Source: Verrucomicrobiia bacterium (GTDB lineage: Bacteria > Verrucomicrobiota > Verrucomicrobiia > JADLBR01). Taken from it: DNA of 64,000 bases. Of this stretch, positions 1 through 8,677 are shown piece after piece. The DNA is taken from contig DAOOOX010000023.1 in NCBI GenBank assembly GCA_035387945.1, positions 6,153 to 70,152 of the forward strand, written 5' to 3'. The translations under genes were made by a program, and so were the position numbers. The notes beneath the pieces were generated by a model. The model saw nothing but the letters and a program-made list of their open reading frames with translations, was not told where the DNA came from and made no database searches. Each line of letters opens with the position of its first letter. Positions within the stretch are counted from its first letter, which is position 1.

Positions 1-737
1 AGGGCCAACATGGCCTCGAGGATCTTGCGATCGATGGACTTCTCGAAGGTGCCGATGAGGTGCTTGGAAAGCTGCTGCGTGAGGGTGCTGCCGCCCTGGG
101 CGAAGCGCATCTGCCGGATATTGGTCAGCATCGCGCGGCTCAGGCCCTGCAGGTCCAGGCCGTGGTGCTGGTAGAAACGCTCGTCCTCGATGGCGATGAC
201 GGCCTTCCGCATCATGTCGGGGATGTCGCCGTGCCCGAGCACGACGCGATTCTCGACGAATATGCGGCCCAGCTCTTCGTCGTTGCGGTCGAAGAAGAGG
301 TTTGTCTCGGTATAGTTCTTCAGCTCTTCGAGGTTGATGGCATCGGCGCGGCGCTTGTAGTCCCAGAAAGGTCTCCAAAGCACGGCGACCATGATGGCGG
401 TCAGCGCGACGGCGGACCCTGCACCGATGAGGAGCCAGCGGCGGATGCGCGCCTTCCAGGGCCTATCCGGCGTTGGCTGGATCACGGGTTGCGGGGGCGG
501 GGGCGGGGGTGGCGCCTCCTGGGGTTCAGCTTGAGGTTGCGGGGGTGGCTCCGGCACGCCTGGCGCCGTCAGCGCGAACAGCGGCGAGGCGGGCGGGGTG
601 GTAGGCGGCGGCGGGATGGGTGGTGGCGTGTGCGCGGGCGTCTGCTGCGGCACCCAGGCCTTCGGGTGCAAGGGAGGCAGGGGGGCCATTGGTTCGGTCG
701 GCCTCCGCGGCTGGGGTTTGAAGGGATCGAGCGCCAT
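1..737 (-). CDS. Bifunctional class A penicillin-binding protein (PBP1A/1B-like), N-terminal part. The gene continues past the window start, so it is 3'-truncated here.
   Basis: The minus-strand reading frame is open from the ATG at 737..735 to the window edge. The translation has a Pro-rich N-terminal region, then a TM helix (WLLIGAGSAVALTAIMVAVLW), then a GT51 transglycosylase region carrying the RFYQHHGLD and GGSTLTQQL motifs. It is absent from the ORF track only because no stop codon lies inside the window. The plus-strand ORF 60..767 is its antisense shadow. Confidence 0.8.
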   Translation of the reverse strand, partial: MALDPFKPQPRRPTEPMAPLPPLHPKAWVPQQTPAHTPPPIPPPPTTPPASPLFALTAPGVPEPPPQPQAEPQEAPPPPPPPQPVIQPTPDRPWKARIRRWLLIGAGSAVALTAIMVAVLWRPFWDYKRRADAINLEELKNYTETNLFFDRNDEELGRIFVENRVVLGHGDIPDMMRKAVIAIEDERFYQHHGLDLQGLSRAMLTNIRQMRFAQGGSTLTQQLSKHLIGTFEKSIDRKILEAMLA

Positions 738-746
738 GTTCTCCTG

Positions 747-3185
747 CTATCGTCGGAAAAAGGGTAGGCCGCGTCTCGGCTTTCGTGCCGGTTGCTGCGG
801 GGGCGCGGCGGGCGGGGCATTGGTCACGGTTTCAACTGGAGCGACGGCCTGCGCCACGGGGACGTTGGTTTCCACGGGCACCGCCCTCGCGACCGGAACT
901 GCGACCGGAACTGCGGCGGGGGCCGCTGCCGGGAGGGCCGCTGCCGCGAGCGGTTCGGCGCGCGGCGGCTGCGCCGCCGGGGCCACTGGCGGCGATGGCG
1001 CGGCGGCGGCCCCCAGGGCCGAGGGTTCTGGCGCCTGCGGCGCCGGAGCGACGGCGGGTGGCATGGGCTGGGATTCCGGTGCCTGCGGCGGCTGGGGTTC
1101 GGTTGCGGCACTCTGGGGTGAGCCCTGGACCGGGATGGCTGGCAATGCGGCGGGGGCGGGCTCCGGGTCTTGGACCACGGTGACGGCGGCCTTGGGCGTT
1201 GAGCCGAATTGCCATGCCAGATTCCCGAGCAGCCCGCACCGCCAGAGTTGTTTGAGCCCCTCGAGGCGCAGCGAGTCATTCTTGGTGTAGCGCAGGAAGG
1301 TGCCGCGCTCGTAGATCATGGCGAGCAGGTCGCTCTCCATGCCGATGTCATCGGCGAGCGCGATGCCGCGGCGCGCGGCGCGATCGGCGGACTGGAGCAG
1401 CGACTGGAGGATGGGCTCGTTGGCCAGGGTCCATCGCTGCGTCGCAACATCGAGCTCGCCGCCGAGCCGTATGTACTTCTGTTCGAGGAGCGCCGTCTCG
1501 CAGTAGCCGTTGACCCACATCATGCATCGGGCCGCGTCGCTGAGCTCATCCACCGGCGCCTTCGGGATGGCGGCCTTGGGCGGCTGATAGGCGGCGCCGG
1601 GCCGGAAACCCACGCGCCGCAATCCCGCGGGCCCGGAATCGGGGCGCTGGATCTTTTCCAGTTTCCCGCGCATGTCCTCCCACTCCTCCTTGGCCCGCCG
1701 GACCATCAGCGAAAATGCGGCGAAACGCGGATCGAACACCAGCACGCCGCTGAAGCGATTCGCGTAACGGCGCAGGCCGTCGGCGAGATCCTCCGCCCGG
1801 GCGAGGTGCGCCGGCATGAGCTGCGGCAGCCAGAGCGTCGCGCGATCAAAAACGGGGAATTCCCCATCCGCCCCAAGCGCGGCATAGAGGGAGCGGAAAT
1901 TCATGGGGTTCTCGACCAAGAAAGCACTGCTTCGCCACGTGGCAAAGAGCGCGTCGCGCGCGTACTGGCGCTGTTCTGGGGATGCGTCGGATCTGGGGGC
2001 GAACGCCTGGCGGGCGAGCACCTGCGCCCCCTCCATCCGGGCATCGATCCCATAGAGCCATTCGGCCTGCTCGGAAAGAACGAGGGCGCTGCGCAATTCC
2101 CCCTTGTCGAAGCCGGGCCGGTACATCGCGTCGATGATCTTCTTGCGGATTTCATTGACAGCCCCGTCCCACGCCTTGATGTCCGGATTGGTCCCGCGCT
2201 CCTTCCACTGCGCGAGCGCCCTTGCGCCCGCGTCGGCCTTCGCGAGGAGCAGTCGGGCCGCATATACCTTGCCCGAGCGAAAGGCGTCGCCGCCAAATTC
2301 AAAACTCTGGCGCACCTCGGCCCAGATGGGCCGCTCGCTGGCCGGGAGGCTCTCTTCGGCGGGCCAGCCCTTCGACAAGTCCGCAAGACGGTTGAACTCC
2401 CCCTCGCATTCGGCGGCGAGGGCATTGAAAATCTCGGGGCGATAGCGGGGTTCGACGTCGAGCCTGGGATCGGGCGGCAGCTCTCGGTCGAGGGCGATGC
2501 GCGCGGCCTCCATCAGGTCCTGTGCGACAAGGGCCTTCAGGTTGAGACCGGAGGCGATGTTGTCGGCGTTGAGGAGGCGGCCATCCTCGGTGGCAATGAT
2601 GCGCTGGTTGACGGCGATGATCACCCTGCGCAGGCCGGCCGCTGCCGCCGCCCGGAGGCAGGCGGGCAGATCATCGACGGGGCCGAGCGAGTTATCAGGA
2701 TTGAGGCCCGCCACGACCGCCAGGTCGGCCGGATACGCCACGCCTCCCGCGCCGGCCATGAGACCAATGGCGAGGGCACAGGCCGTCTCGGGCCCCAGCC
2801 GCTCCGGCGCCTCCATGACGTCGAACATCGCCCCGCGCCACGTTTGCTGCCAGGCCATGGCCGCGGCGAGCGCCGAGGACCATAGCTGGGGCCCCGCGCC
2901 GGCGGCCGCTCCGGCGGCGGACCCGAGGAACCGAAACTGGAGCATCTCGAGGTTCGATCGCGCGGCACCTTCCGGATTCCACAGGATGCGCGCGATCGCC
3001 ACGGCGGGTTTGTTCTCCGGGCCGCGCCCGAGGATAACCGGCATCCGCAGCTCGAACAACGAGGGTGAGCGCCTCAGCTCGGGAGACTCGGCGACCGCGC
3101 GCCCCACGAGACAAGCCATGGCCACGGCGAGCGCCATCCCCGCGGTGACGCACGACCTCCGATGACGCTGATTGCCCAATCGCAT
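747..3185 (-). CDS. Secreted protein with a Lon-protease (S16) C-terminal-like domain, probably catalytically inactive, followed by a long helical region and a Pro/Ala-rich C-terminal tail.
   Basis: N-terminal signal peptide MRLGNQRHRRSCVTAGMALAVAMACLVGRAVA. The segment GPETACALAIGLMAGAGGVAYPADLAVVAGLNPDNSLGPVDDLPACLRAAAAAGLRRVIIAVNQ aligns to the Lon proteolytic domain (GPSAG...KEKxLAAHRAG), but the catalytic Ser and Lys positions are substituted. The last ~150 aa are PAPA/PQ low complexity. Composition is balanced and protein-like. The overlapping plus ORF 1209..2885 looks like an antisense artefact. Confidence 0.55.
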   Translation of the reverse strand: MRLGNQRHRRSCVTAGMALAVAMACLVGRAVAESPELRRSPSLFELRMPVILGRGPENKPAVAIARILWNPEGAARSNLEMLQFRFLGSAAGAAAGAGPQLWSSALAAAMAWQQTWRGAMFDVMEAPERLGPETACALAIGLMAGAGGVAYPADLAVVAGLNPDNSLGPVDDLPACLRAAAAAGLRRVIIAVNQRIIATEDGRLLNADNIASGLNLKALVAQDLMEAARIALDRELPPDPRLDVEPRYRPEIFNALAAECEGEFNRLADLSKGWPAEESLPASERPIWAEVRQSFEFGGDAFRSGKVYAARLLLAKADAGARALAQWKERGTNPDIKAWDGAVNEIRKKIIDAMYRPGFDKGELRSALVLSEQAEWLYGIDARMEGAQVLARQAFAPRSDASPEQRQYARDALFATWRSSAFLVENPMNFRSLYAALGADGEFPVFDRATLWLPQLMPAHLARAEDLADGLRRYANRFSGVLVFDPRFAAFSLMVRRAKEEWEDMRGKLEKIQRPDSGPAGLRRVGFRPGAAYQPPKAAIPKAPVDELSDAARCMMWVNGYCETALLEQKYIRLGGELDVATQRWTLANEPILQSLLQSADRAARRGIALADDIGMESDLLAMIYERGTFLRYTKNDSLRLEGLKQLWRCGLLGNLAWQFGSTPKAAVTVVQDPEPAPAALPAIPVQGSPQSAATEPQPPQAPESQPMPPAVAPAPQAPEPSALGAAAAPSPPVAPAAQPPRAEPLAAAALPAAAPAAVPVAVPVARAVPVETNVPVAQAVAPVETVTNAPPAAPPQQPARKPRRGLPFFRR

Positions 3186-3286
3186 CGTGAAACTTATAAG
3201 TTAGCCGCAGCTTCTCAGGAATTCCAGTTGGACTCAATACAAGGACGAGAACGCCCGAGCCCTGGTCGCAATTCTCAATTCCGGCT

Positions 3287-5176
3287 TCATTCGATGATCG
3301 TCACCCGGTGGCCGACCTCGGCAATGTGGAAGAACGTCCTCGCATATTCGGGCGGCAGTCGGATGCATCCGTGTGAGGCCGGGAACCCAGGCACGTAGCC
3401 CGCGTGGAGCCCAAAATTCCCGCAGCTCAGGCGCATGAAATAGGGCATGGGGACCCGGTAGATGGTGGAGATCCAGTGCCTGTATTTATTCGTGATGACG
3501 TACTCGCCTTTCGGTGTCCGATAGCCGGATCGGCCCGTCGAGACCGGGCTCGTGAGTTTGATCTTGCCATCCTGCCAGAGGCGGGCGGTCTGCTCGGAAA
3601 GATTGATCTCGATGTAGACGCCCTTCTCGCGGCCCCCGGGTTCTTTGCCCAAGAGCACCTGCATGATTGCCGTGTGCCCCTCCTCGGCCGCAAAATTGAT
3701 GGGATAATGCTTGTTCCGCTTTGTGGCGACATCTGGCTTGGCGCCGGCCGCGAGGAGGATCCGGGCGGTTTCGGTGTCGCCCTGTCCGGCGGCGATCATC
3801 AGGGGCGTCACGCCTGAGTCGTGCTGGAGGAAATAGCGGATTTTCTCCGACGCGAGCAGCGCGAGAAAGGCTTGCGAGGGCGGCTCGGCGAGCGTGGCGT
3901 TGGGATCGGCCTTGTGATCGAGGAGCAGTTTTGCGGCCTGGGCCTCGCGGCATGCGACCGCGACGGCGAGCGGCGTTTGCCCCTCGCGACCGGAGCGCGA
4001 CGGGTTGGCGCCGGCAGCGAGGAGTTTCTCGACCAGCCGCAGATCGCCGGAACGGAGCGCGATGGACAGGGCCGGTTCCCCCCCGGGCCCAGTCCGATTG
4101 GGGTCGGCCTTGGCCTTCAGCAACAGGTCGATGAGGGTGGTGGAGCGCTGATTGATGGCCTGGACGAGCCACGGGGAAGGAGCGGCACCCGCGGCGAGCA
4201 GGGTGCGCGCCAGGCGCGCGTCGTTCCTTTCGAGTGCGACCTGCATCGGGGTTTTGCCTCCGGCACCGCGGGTGTCTGGATCGACGCCGTGGTCGAGCAC
4301 GAGCGAAACGAGTTCATGGTCCCCGCGATCCACGGCGATCGCCAGCAGTCGGCCAGCGCTCTTGGATATTGCGCCCGTTTTATAGAGCAGCGCGACCAGG
4401 GTGTTGTCGCCGCCGAGGACGGCGGCGTCGAGAGGCGCGCGACCCCGGGCATCGGTGGCGCTCGGATCGGCCCCATGGCGGAGCAGCAGAGCGACCATTG
4501 AGGCGTTGGTGGCGCAGACCGCAGTGGTCAGGGACGGCACGCCGCCGGGGGCCGGGATGTTGGGATTGGCGCGCGCGCCCAAGAGCGTGACCGCCATGGG
4601 CTCGTCGTTGCGAGAGACTGCCAGCGGCAGTGCGGCCCATCCGTCTGCGGCCCTGATGTCGGGTGCCGCGCCCGCCCGGAGGAGCGCATCCGCCAAGCGC
4701 GAATCGCCGAGGCGCACGGCATGGACAAGTGCGGGTTCCCCGGGGCGGATCGTTGCGCTGCCAGACGCCCCCTTCTCCAGCAAGAGCGCCACCAGTTCGG
4801 GCGACGGCAGGCGCAACGCATACGACAGGGGCGTTGAGCCCGAACCGTCCGCCACATTCACGTCGGCGCCGGACCGTATGAGCAGCGAGACGGTCGCCAA
4901 GCGATTGCTCTGGGTGGCAGCGATAAGGGCCGTCCTGCCCGAAGCATCGCGGGCCGAGACAGGCACACCGGCGACCAGAAGCCGCCCGATGATATCGGCG
5001 TTCCCCGCCTCCGCGGCCGCGATCATCGATGCGGGTTCCGGGGCGATGCCAGCCCTCTTCAGCCGCTGACGGGCCTGGTCGGCCGGCGTGCCGCACCCCG
5101 CGATGGCCATGGCCAGCGCCAGGGCGACGGCCGTCGCGCCATCCGGGCCACTCCGCGCTGTGCCAACACGTCTCAT
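3287..5176 (-). CDS. Lipoprotein with about 12 ankyrin repeats fused to a C-terminal L,D-transpeptidase (YkuD) catalytic domain.
   Basis: Signal peptide with lipobox LALAMAIAGC. Many tandem ANK repeats (TALIAATQSN..., TPLSYALR..., LLLEKGA..., GADPN...). C-terminal YkuD signature ...YRTPKGEYVITNKYRHWIS...HAGYVPGFPASHGCIRLPPEYARTFF (the HGC-x-R catalytic motif). Confidence 0.8.
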   Translation of the reverse strand: MRRVGTARSGPDGATAVALALAMAIAGCGTPADQARQRLKRAGIAPEPASMIAAAEAGNADIIGRLLVAGVPVSARDASGRTALIAATQSNRLATVSLLIRSGADVNVADGSGSTPLSYALRLPSPELVALLLEKGASGSATIRPGEPALVHAVRLGDSRLADALLRAGAAPDIRAADGWAALPLAVSRNDEPMAVTLLGARANPNIPAPGGVPSLTTAVCATNASMVALLLRHGADPSATDARGRAPLDAAVLGGDNTLVALLYKTGAISKSAGRLLAIAVDRGDHELVSLVLDHGVDPDTRGAGGKTPMQVALERNDARLARTLLAAGAAPSPWLVQAINQRSTTLIDLLLKAKADPNRTGPGGEPALSIALRSGDLRLVEKLLAAGANPSRSGREGQTPLAVAVACREAQAAKLLLDHKADPNATLAEPPSQAFLALLASEKIRYFLQHDSGVTPLMIAAGQGDTETARILLAAGAKPDVATKRNKHYPINFAAEEGHTAIMQVLLGKEPGGREKGVYIEINLSEQTARLWQDGKIKLTSPVSTGRSGYRTPKGEYVITNKYRHWISTIYRVPMPYFMRLSCGNFGLHAGYVPGFPASHGCIRLPPEYARTFFHIAEVGHRVTIIE

Positions 5177-5344
5177 TGATCAAGTGCCCGGCGGCGGGTG
5201 CGTTGGCCCCCAAGGCCACCCTCGCCCACCGAACTGCGCCAAAATGTAATTCGATCCGGGTCACCTGTCACCACCCCAAAATGCAGGCTGGGCTGCGCGT
5301 CATCCCTTCTGGTAAAAACCAGCCGCAACAGGAGGGCGTTGCCA

Positions 5345-5647
5345 GTGGAAGAGGAAAACAAGCGCGAGGGGGCATCGGTGCGCGCGATCGAAGCAAAGAT
5401 CCGCGAGGCCTGGGACAAGGGCCACCTCGTGATCCTCTGGCGCGATCCCGTCAATCTGGTCAGCTACATCCGCCTGGCCCTTCACCTGACTTTCGGTTGG
5501 CCCGCGGCCGAGGTCGATCGGCACGTTGCCGAAATGTTGCAGGCGGGGCGCTCCGTGCTCGCGCATGACACGCGCGAGCGGGTCGAGCACTACCTCTACG
5601 AACTGCGGCGGTTTGGGCTCTCGACCACGATCGAGAGGATCCGATGA
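5345..5647 (+). CDS. clpS: ATP-dependent Clp protease adaptor ClpS.
   Basis: The 100-aa product from GTG 5345 aligns along its length with ClpS: HLVILWRDPVNLVSYIRLALHLTFGWPAAEVDRHVAEMLQAGRSVLAHDTRERVEHYLYELRRFGLSTTIERI versus E. coli [24 protein letters not shown]...AEVAETKV. A strong SD (AGGAGG, 5330..5335) lies 9 nt upstream of the GTG. The ORF track starts at ATG 5198, but that 49-aa extension is not ClpS-like. Confidence 0.7.
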   Translation: MEEENKREGASVRAIEAKIREAWDKGHLVILWRDPVNLVSYIRLALHLTFGWPAAEVDRHVAEMLQAGRSVLAHDTRERVEHYLYELRRFGLSTTIERIR

Positions 5648-6153
5648 CGCTGTCCCTCGTCGAGGTCGGGCGCGAGGCGTCGGGCGGCGAACCGCGCTAC
5701 GAGATCATGCTGCACCCTTTCTTCCAGCCCTTCATCGGCCTGCTCCGGGAGCACCATCAGACCTGTTCCCCGACCAACCCGCGACCCGACCTTGCTCCCG
5801 CGCCAGACGGGGAAACGACGGATGCGCTCCGCAGAGACGAGGAGGCCCACTTTCGGCGACGGGCCGCGTGGTTCTTGCGCCTCCGGTGGCGGACGGACGA
5901 AGCCGGCAGGATGCGGATCTCTCTGCCCATGGACGACGTGGTCTCGCTGCTCCGCACCCTCAACGATGTGAGGCTTTACTGCTGGGACCGCATGCACCGC
6001 CCCGATCCCCTGCCACAGCTCGATCACTTCAGCCTCCAACTGGAGGGCTTCCCGAAAGTCGGCAAGTCCCTCCTCTGCGCGCTGGAGCTGTGCAGCGTCA
6101 TCCAGAACGAGGTGGCGCGCCGCGTCGGCGGCATCGAATCCAACGGCGAGTGA
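5644..6153 (+). CDS. Hypothetical 169-aa protein translationally coupled to clpS. A DUF2017-like ClpS-partner arrangement is possible.
   Basis: Its ATG overlaps the clpS stop (ATGA at 5644..5647). The product is acidic/Arg-rich and soluble-looking, with no recognisable catalytic motif. The DUF2017 assignment is from memory of clpS neighbourhoods only, not from alignment. Confidence 0.5.
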   Translation: MTLSLVEVGREASGGEPRYEIMLHPFFQPFIGLLREHHQTCSPTNPRPDLAPAPDGETTDALRRDEEAHFRRRAAWFLRLRWRTDEAGRMRISLPMDDVVSLLRTLNDVRLYCWDRMHRPDPLPQLDHFSLQLEGFPKVGKSLLCALELCSVIQNEVARRVGGIESNGE

Positions 6154-6235
6154 GCGCGCCAAGAGGCGGACACCACGGGCCCTCCCGATGGAACTCGATG
6201 TTCGACTCCGAAGACGCTCCCGGCTATGTTAGGCC

Positions 6236-7685
6236 CATGCCCGCGAGAACACGGCCCCCCACCATCCAGACCCGCCGACAATTCATCCGGACCGCAGCCG
6301 CGGCGGCGACGATCGCCTTGCCGCGGTCGGCCGGCGCCCGCGTGCCGGGGGCCAATGACGAGATCCGCGTGGCCCTCGTGGGCTGCGGCGGCAGGGGCGG
6401 GGCGCACATCGCCGGCTACGGGGGCCAAAAGGGCGTTCGGATCGCGGCCGTCTGCGATCCGGATCGCGTGCGGCTCAAGGCGGCCGCGGACTCCATCGAG
6501 GCGAAATTCGGGTATCGGCCCACTGAGGTGGTGGATGTCCGGAGGCTGATGGAGCTGAAGGACATCGACGCCTTCTCCGTGGCCACGATGCAGTACTGGC
6601 ATTCGCTGCCAACGATCTGGGCGTGCGAGACGGGCCGCGATGTCTATGTCGAGAAACCGCTCGCGCACTTCATCTGGGAAGGACGTCAGATGGTGAACGC
6701 GGCCCGGAAACACAATCGGCTCGTTCAGGTGGGCACGCAGGCCCGCTCGCGCGACACCGACCGGCAGGCCCTCGAGTTCATCCGATCGGGCCAGCTCGGG
6801 AAGATCAAACACATCGTCTGTTGCGCCAACAAGCCGCGCAAATCGATCGGCAGGCGCACCGAGCCGCTGCCGATCCCGGACTCCGTGGACTATGAGCTGT
6901 GGTGCGGGCCCGCGCGCAAGGAGCCGATCTATCGCGACAAGCTGCAGTATGACTGCAGCTTCATCTGGAACACGGGCGATGGGGAGTCCTGCAACCAGGG
7001 CGTCCACGAACTCGATGTGGCGCGGTGGGTCCTCGGCGAGACCGGGCTGCCGCGCAGGATGATGAGCATCGGGGGGCGCTTCGTGTTTGACGATGTCGGC
7101 GAAGTGCCCAACACGCAGATCGCATACTACGACTACTCAGTCCCGGTCATCTACGAAGTTCACAATCTGCTTGCGTCGAAGACGGCGAAGGAACCGCCGG
7201 ACTATCGCGGCGTCCGCACCGATACGGTGGTCCATTGCGAGGGCGGGCGCGTGCTGATGCACGCGGGCCGCGTCATGGACAACGACGGGAAGGAGATCAA
7301 GAAGTTCACCGGCGGCGACCGGCACTTCGAGAACTTCATCGGGGCGATGCGCAGCGGCAGGCGGGAGGACCTCCACGCCGACGTGCTCGAGGGCCACATC
7401 TCCACCTGCATCTGCCATGCCGGGAATATTTCCTATCGGCTCGGGCGCAAGGCCGGTGCCGCCGAGATGCGCGCGCAGATCGGTGAGCTGCCCTTGTTTC
7501 AGGAGACGCTCGACCGTTATCTCGCGCACCTCGACGCCCACGGCGTGAAACCAGGCGAATCGCTTCTCGGCCCCTGGCTGGAATGGGACGGCGCGAACGA
7601 GCGCTTCATTGACAACGCGAAAGCGAACGAGCTGGTCCGCGGCTTCTATCGCAAGCCGTTCGAGGTACCGGAGGTGAAGGCATAG
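6236..7685 (+). CDS. TAT-exported Gfo/Idh/MocA family NAD(P)-dependent oxidoreductase, a candidate periplasmic glycoside dehydrogenase.
   Basis: Twin-arginine signal TRRQFIRTAAAAATIALPRSAGA. Rossmann start IRVALVGCGGRGGAHIAGY. The EKP motif (DVYVEKPLA) is typical of the Gfo/Idh/MocA N-domain. The start could be 6197 or 6236. Confidence 0.85.
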
Positions 7686-7743
7686 ATCCCGCGGCGCCCA
7701 ATCCCGCTCGACGATCCCCACGCGCATCAACTAGGCTCTCCGC

Positions 7744-8586
7744 ATGATCGCTGAGCCTCATGCCCGGATCTGCGCCAACCCCAGAGCCCTTCATCGGGGC
7801 GTCGCGCCCGGCCGCGGGGCCAGGAGAATCCCGACCCTTTTGAAAGGCGCCACGCTGGCGGGCACCGCCTTGCTGGCGATACCGCTCGCCACGCTTGACG
7901 CGGCCGAACCAACCCCGCCCGAGGGATTCCAGGCGCTCTTCAATGGCAAAGATCTCACCGGCTGGCATGGGCTCAATCCCCATCAGATCTATCGATTGCA
8001 GGAGGAGAAGAAGGAGACCGCTCGGAAGGCCATGCTCGAGGAGTTCCCGAAGCATTGGCGCGTCGAGAATGGCGAACTCGTCAATGGCGGCACCGGTCCC
8101 TACGCCACCACCGACGAGGATTTCGGCGATATCGAACTGCTGGTGGATTACCGGACGGTGCCGGGCGCCGATAGCGGGATCTACCTGCGCGGCACGCCAC
8201 AGGTGCAGATCTGGGACATCAACCAGCCGGATGACCCCAAGAAGCCGGACCGCCACCCCAGGCTCGGTTCCGGCGGACTATTCAACAACACGCCGAAGAC
8301 CCCCGGCCGCGATCCCATCGTGGTGGCGGACAAGCCTTTCGACCAGTGGAATACCTTCCGCATCCGGCAGATCGGAGCGCTGACGTGGGTGTGGCTCAAC
8401 GACAAGCTCGTGGTGAACGGCGCCGCGATGGAAAACTACCCCGACAAGACGAAGCCACTGCCGGGGAAAGGCCCCATCATGTTGCAGACGCACGGCGGAG
8501 AGATCCGGTGGCGCAATATCTTCGTGCGAAAGATCCATGCGGACGAAGCCAGGCGATTCTTGGCCGAAGCGAACCTGAAAAAATAG
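7744..8586 (+). CDS. DUF1080 family secreted protein (3-keto-glycoside hydrolase-like, concanavalin-type fold).
   Basis: Signal peptide, then EGFQALFNGKDLTGWHG...HWRVENGELVNGG...SGIYLRGTPQVQIWD...KGPIMLQTHGGEIRWRNIFVR, the canonical DUF1080 pattern. It sits immediately downstream of the TAT Gfo/Idh/MocA gene. Confidence 0.8.
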   Translation: MIAEPHARICANPRALHRGVAPGRGARRIPTLLKGATLAGTALLAIPLATLDAAEPTPPEGFQALFNGKDLTGWHGLNPHQIYRLQEEKKETARKAMLEEFPKHWRVENGELVNGGTGPYATTDEDFGDIELLVDYRTVPGADSGIYLRGTPQVQIWDINQPDDPKKPDRHPRLGSGGLFNNTPKTPGRDPIVVADKPFDQWNTFRIRQIGALTWVWLNDKLVVNGAAMENYPDKTKPLPGKGPIMLQTHGGEIRWRNIFVRKIHADEARRFLAEANLKK

Positions 8587-8641
8587 GGTCTGCCACGCCA
8601 TCTCTGGATCGCGAGGAACTTTGCCTGCCCCCGGCTCTAGC

Positions 8642-8677
8642 CTGCATATTTCACGCCTTCGCGTGGAATATGCAGGC
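8642..8677. terminator. 16-bp-stem hairpin 56 nt after the DUF1080 stop, between convergent genes. A possible intrinsic-like terminator, but it has no U-tract.
   Basis: CCTGCATATTTCACGC-CTTC-GCGTGGAATATGCAGG, with one mismatch. A second related hairpin lies at 8823..8861 (CCCGGAATTTCACGGC...GCTGTGAAATATCCGGG). Confidence 0.35.

Noticed and set aside
60-767. Plus-strand ORF of 235 aa at the left edge.
   Set aside because: It is Arg/Gly-rich with no motifs. It is the antisense shadow of the minus-strand PBP1 gene, whose translation carries clear GT51 motifs.
1209-2885. 558-aa plus-strand ORF.
   Set aside because: It is antisense to the 747..3185 gene, which has a signal peptide and a Lon-like domain. 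Its composition is typical of high-GC shadow ORFs, with no start context or motifs.
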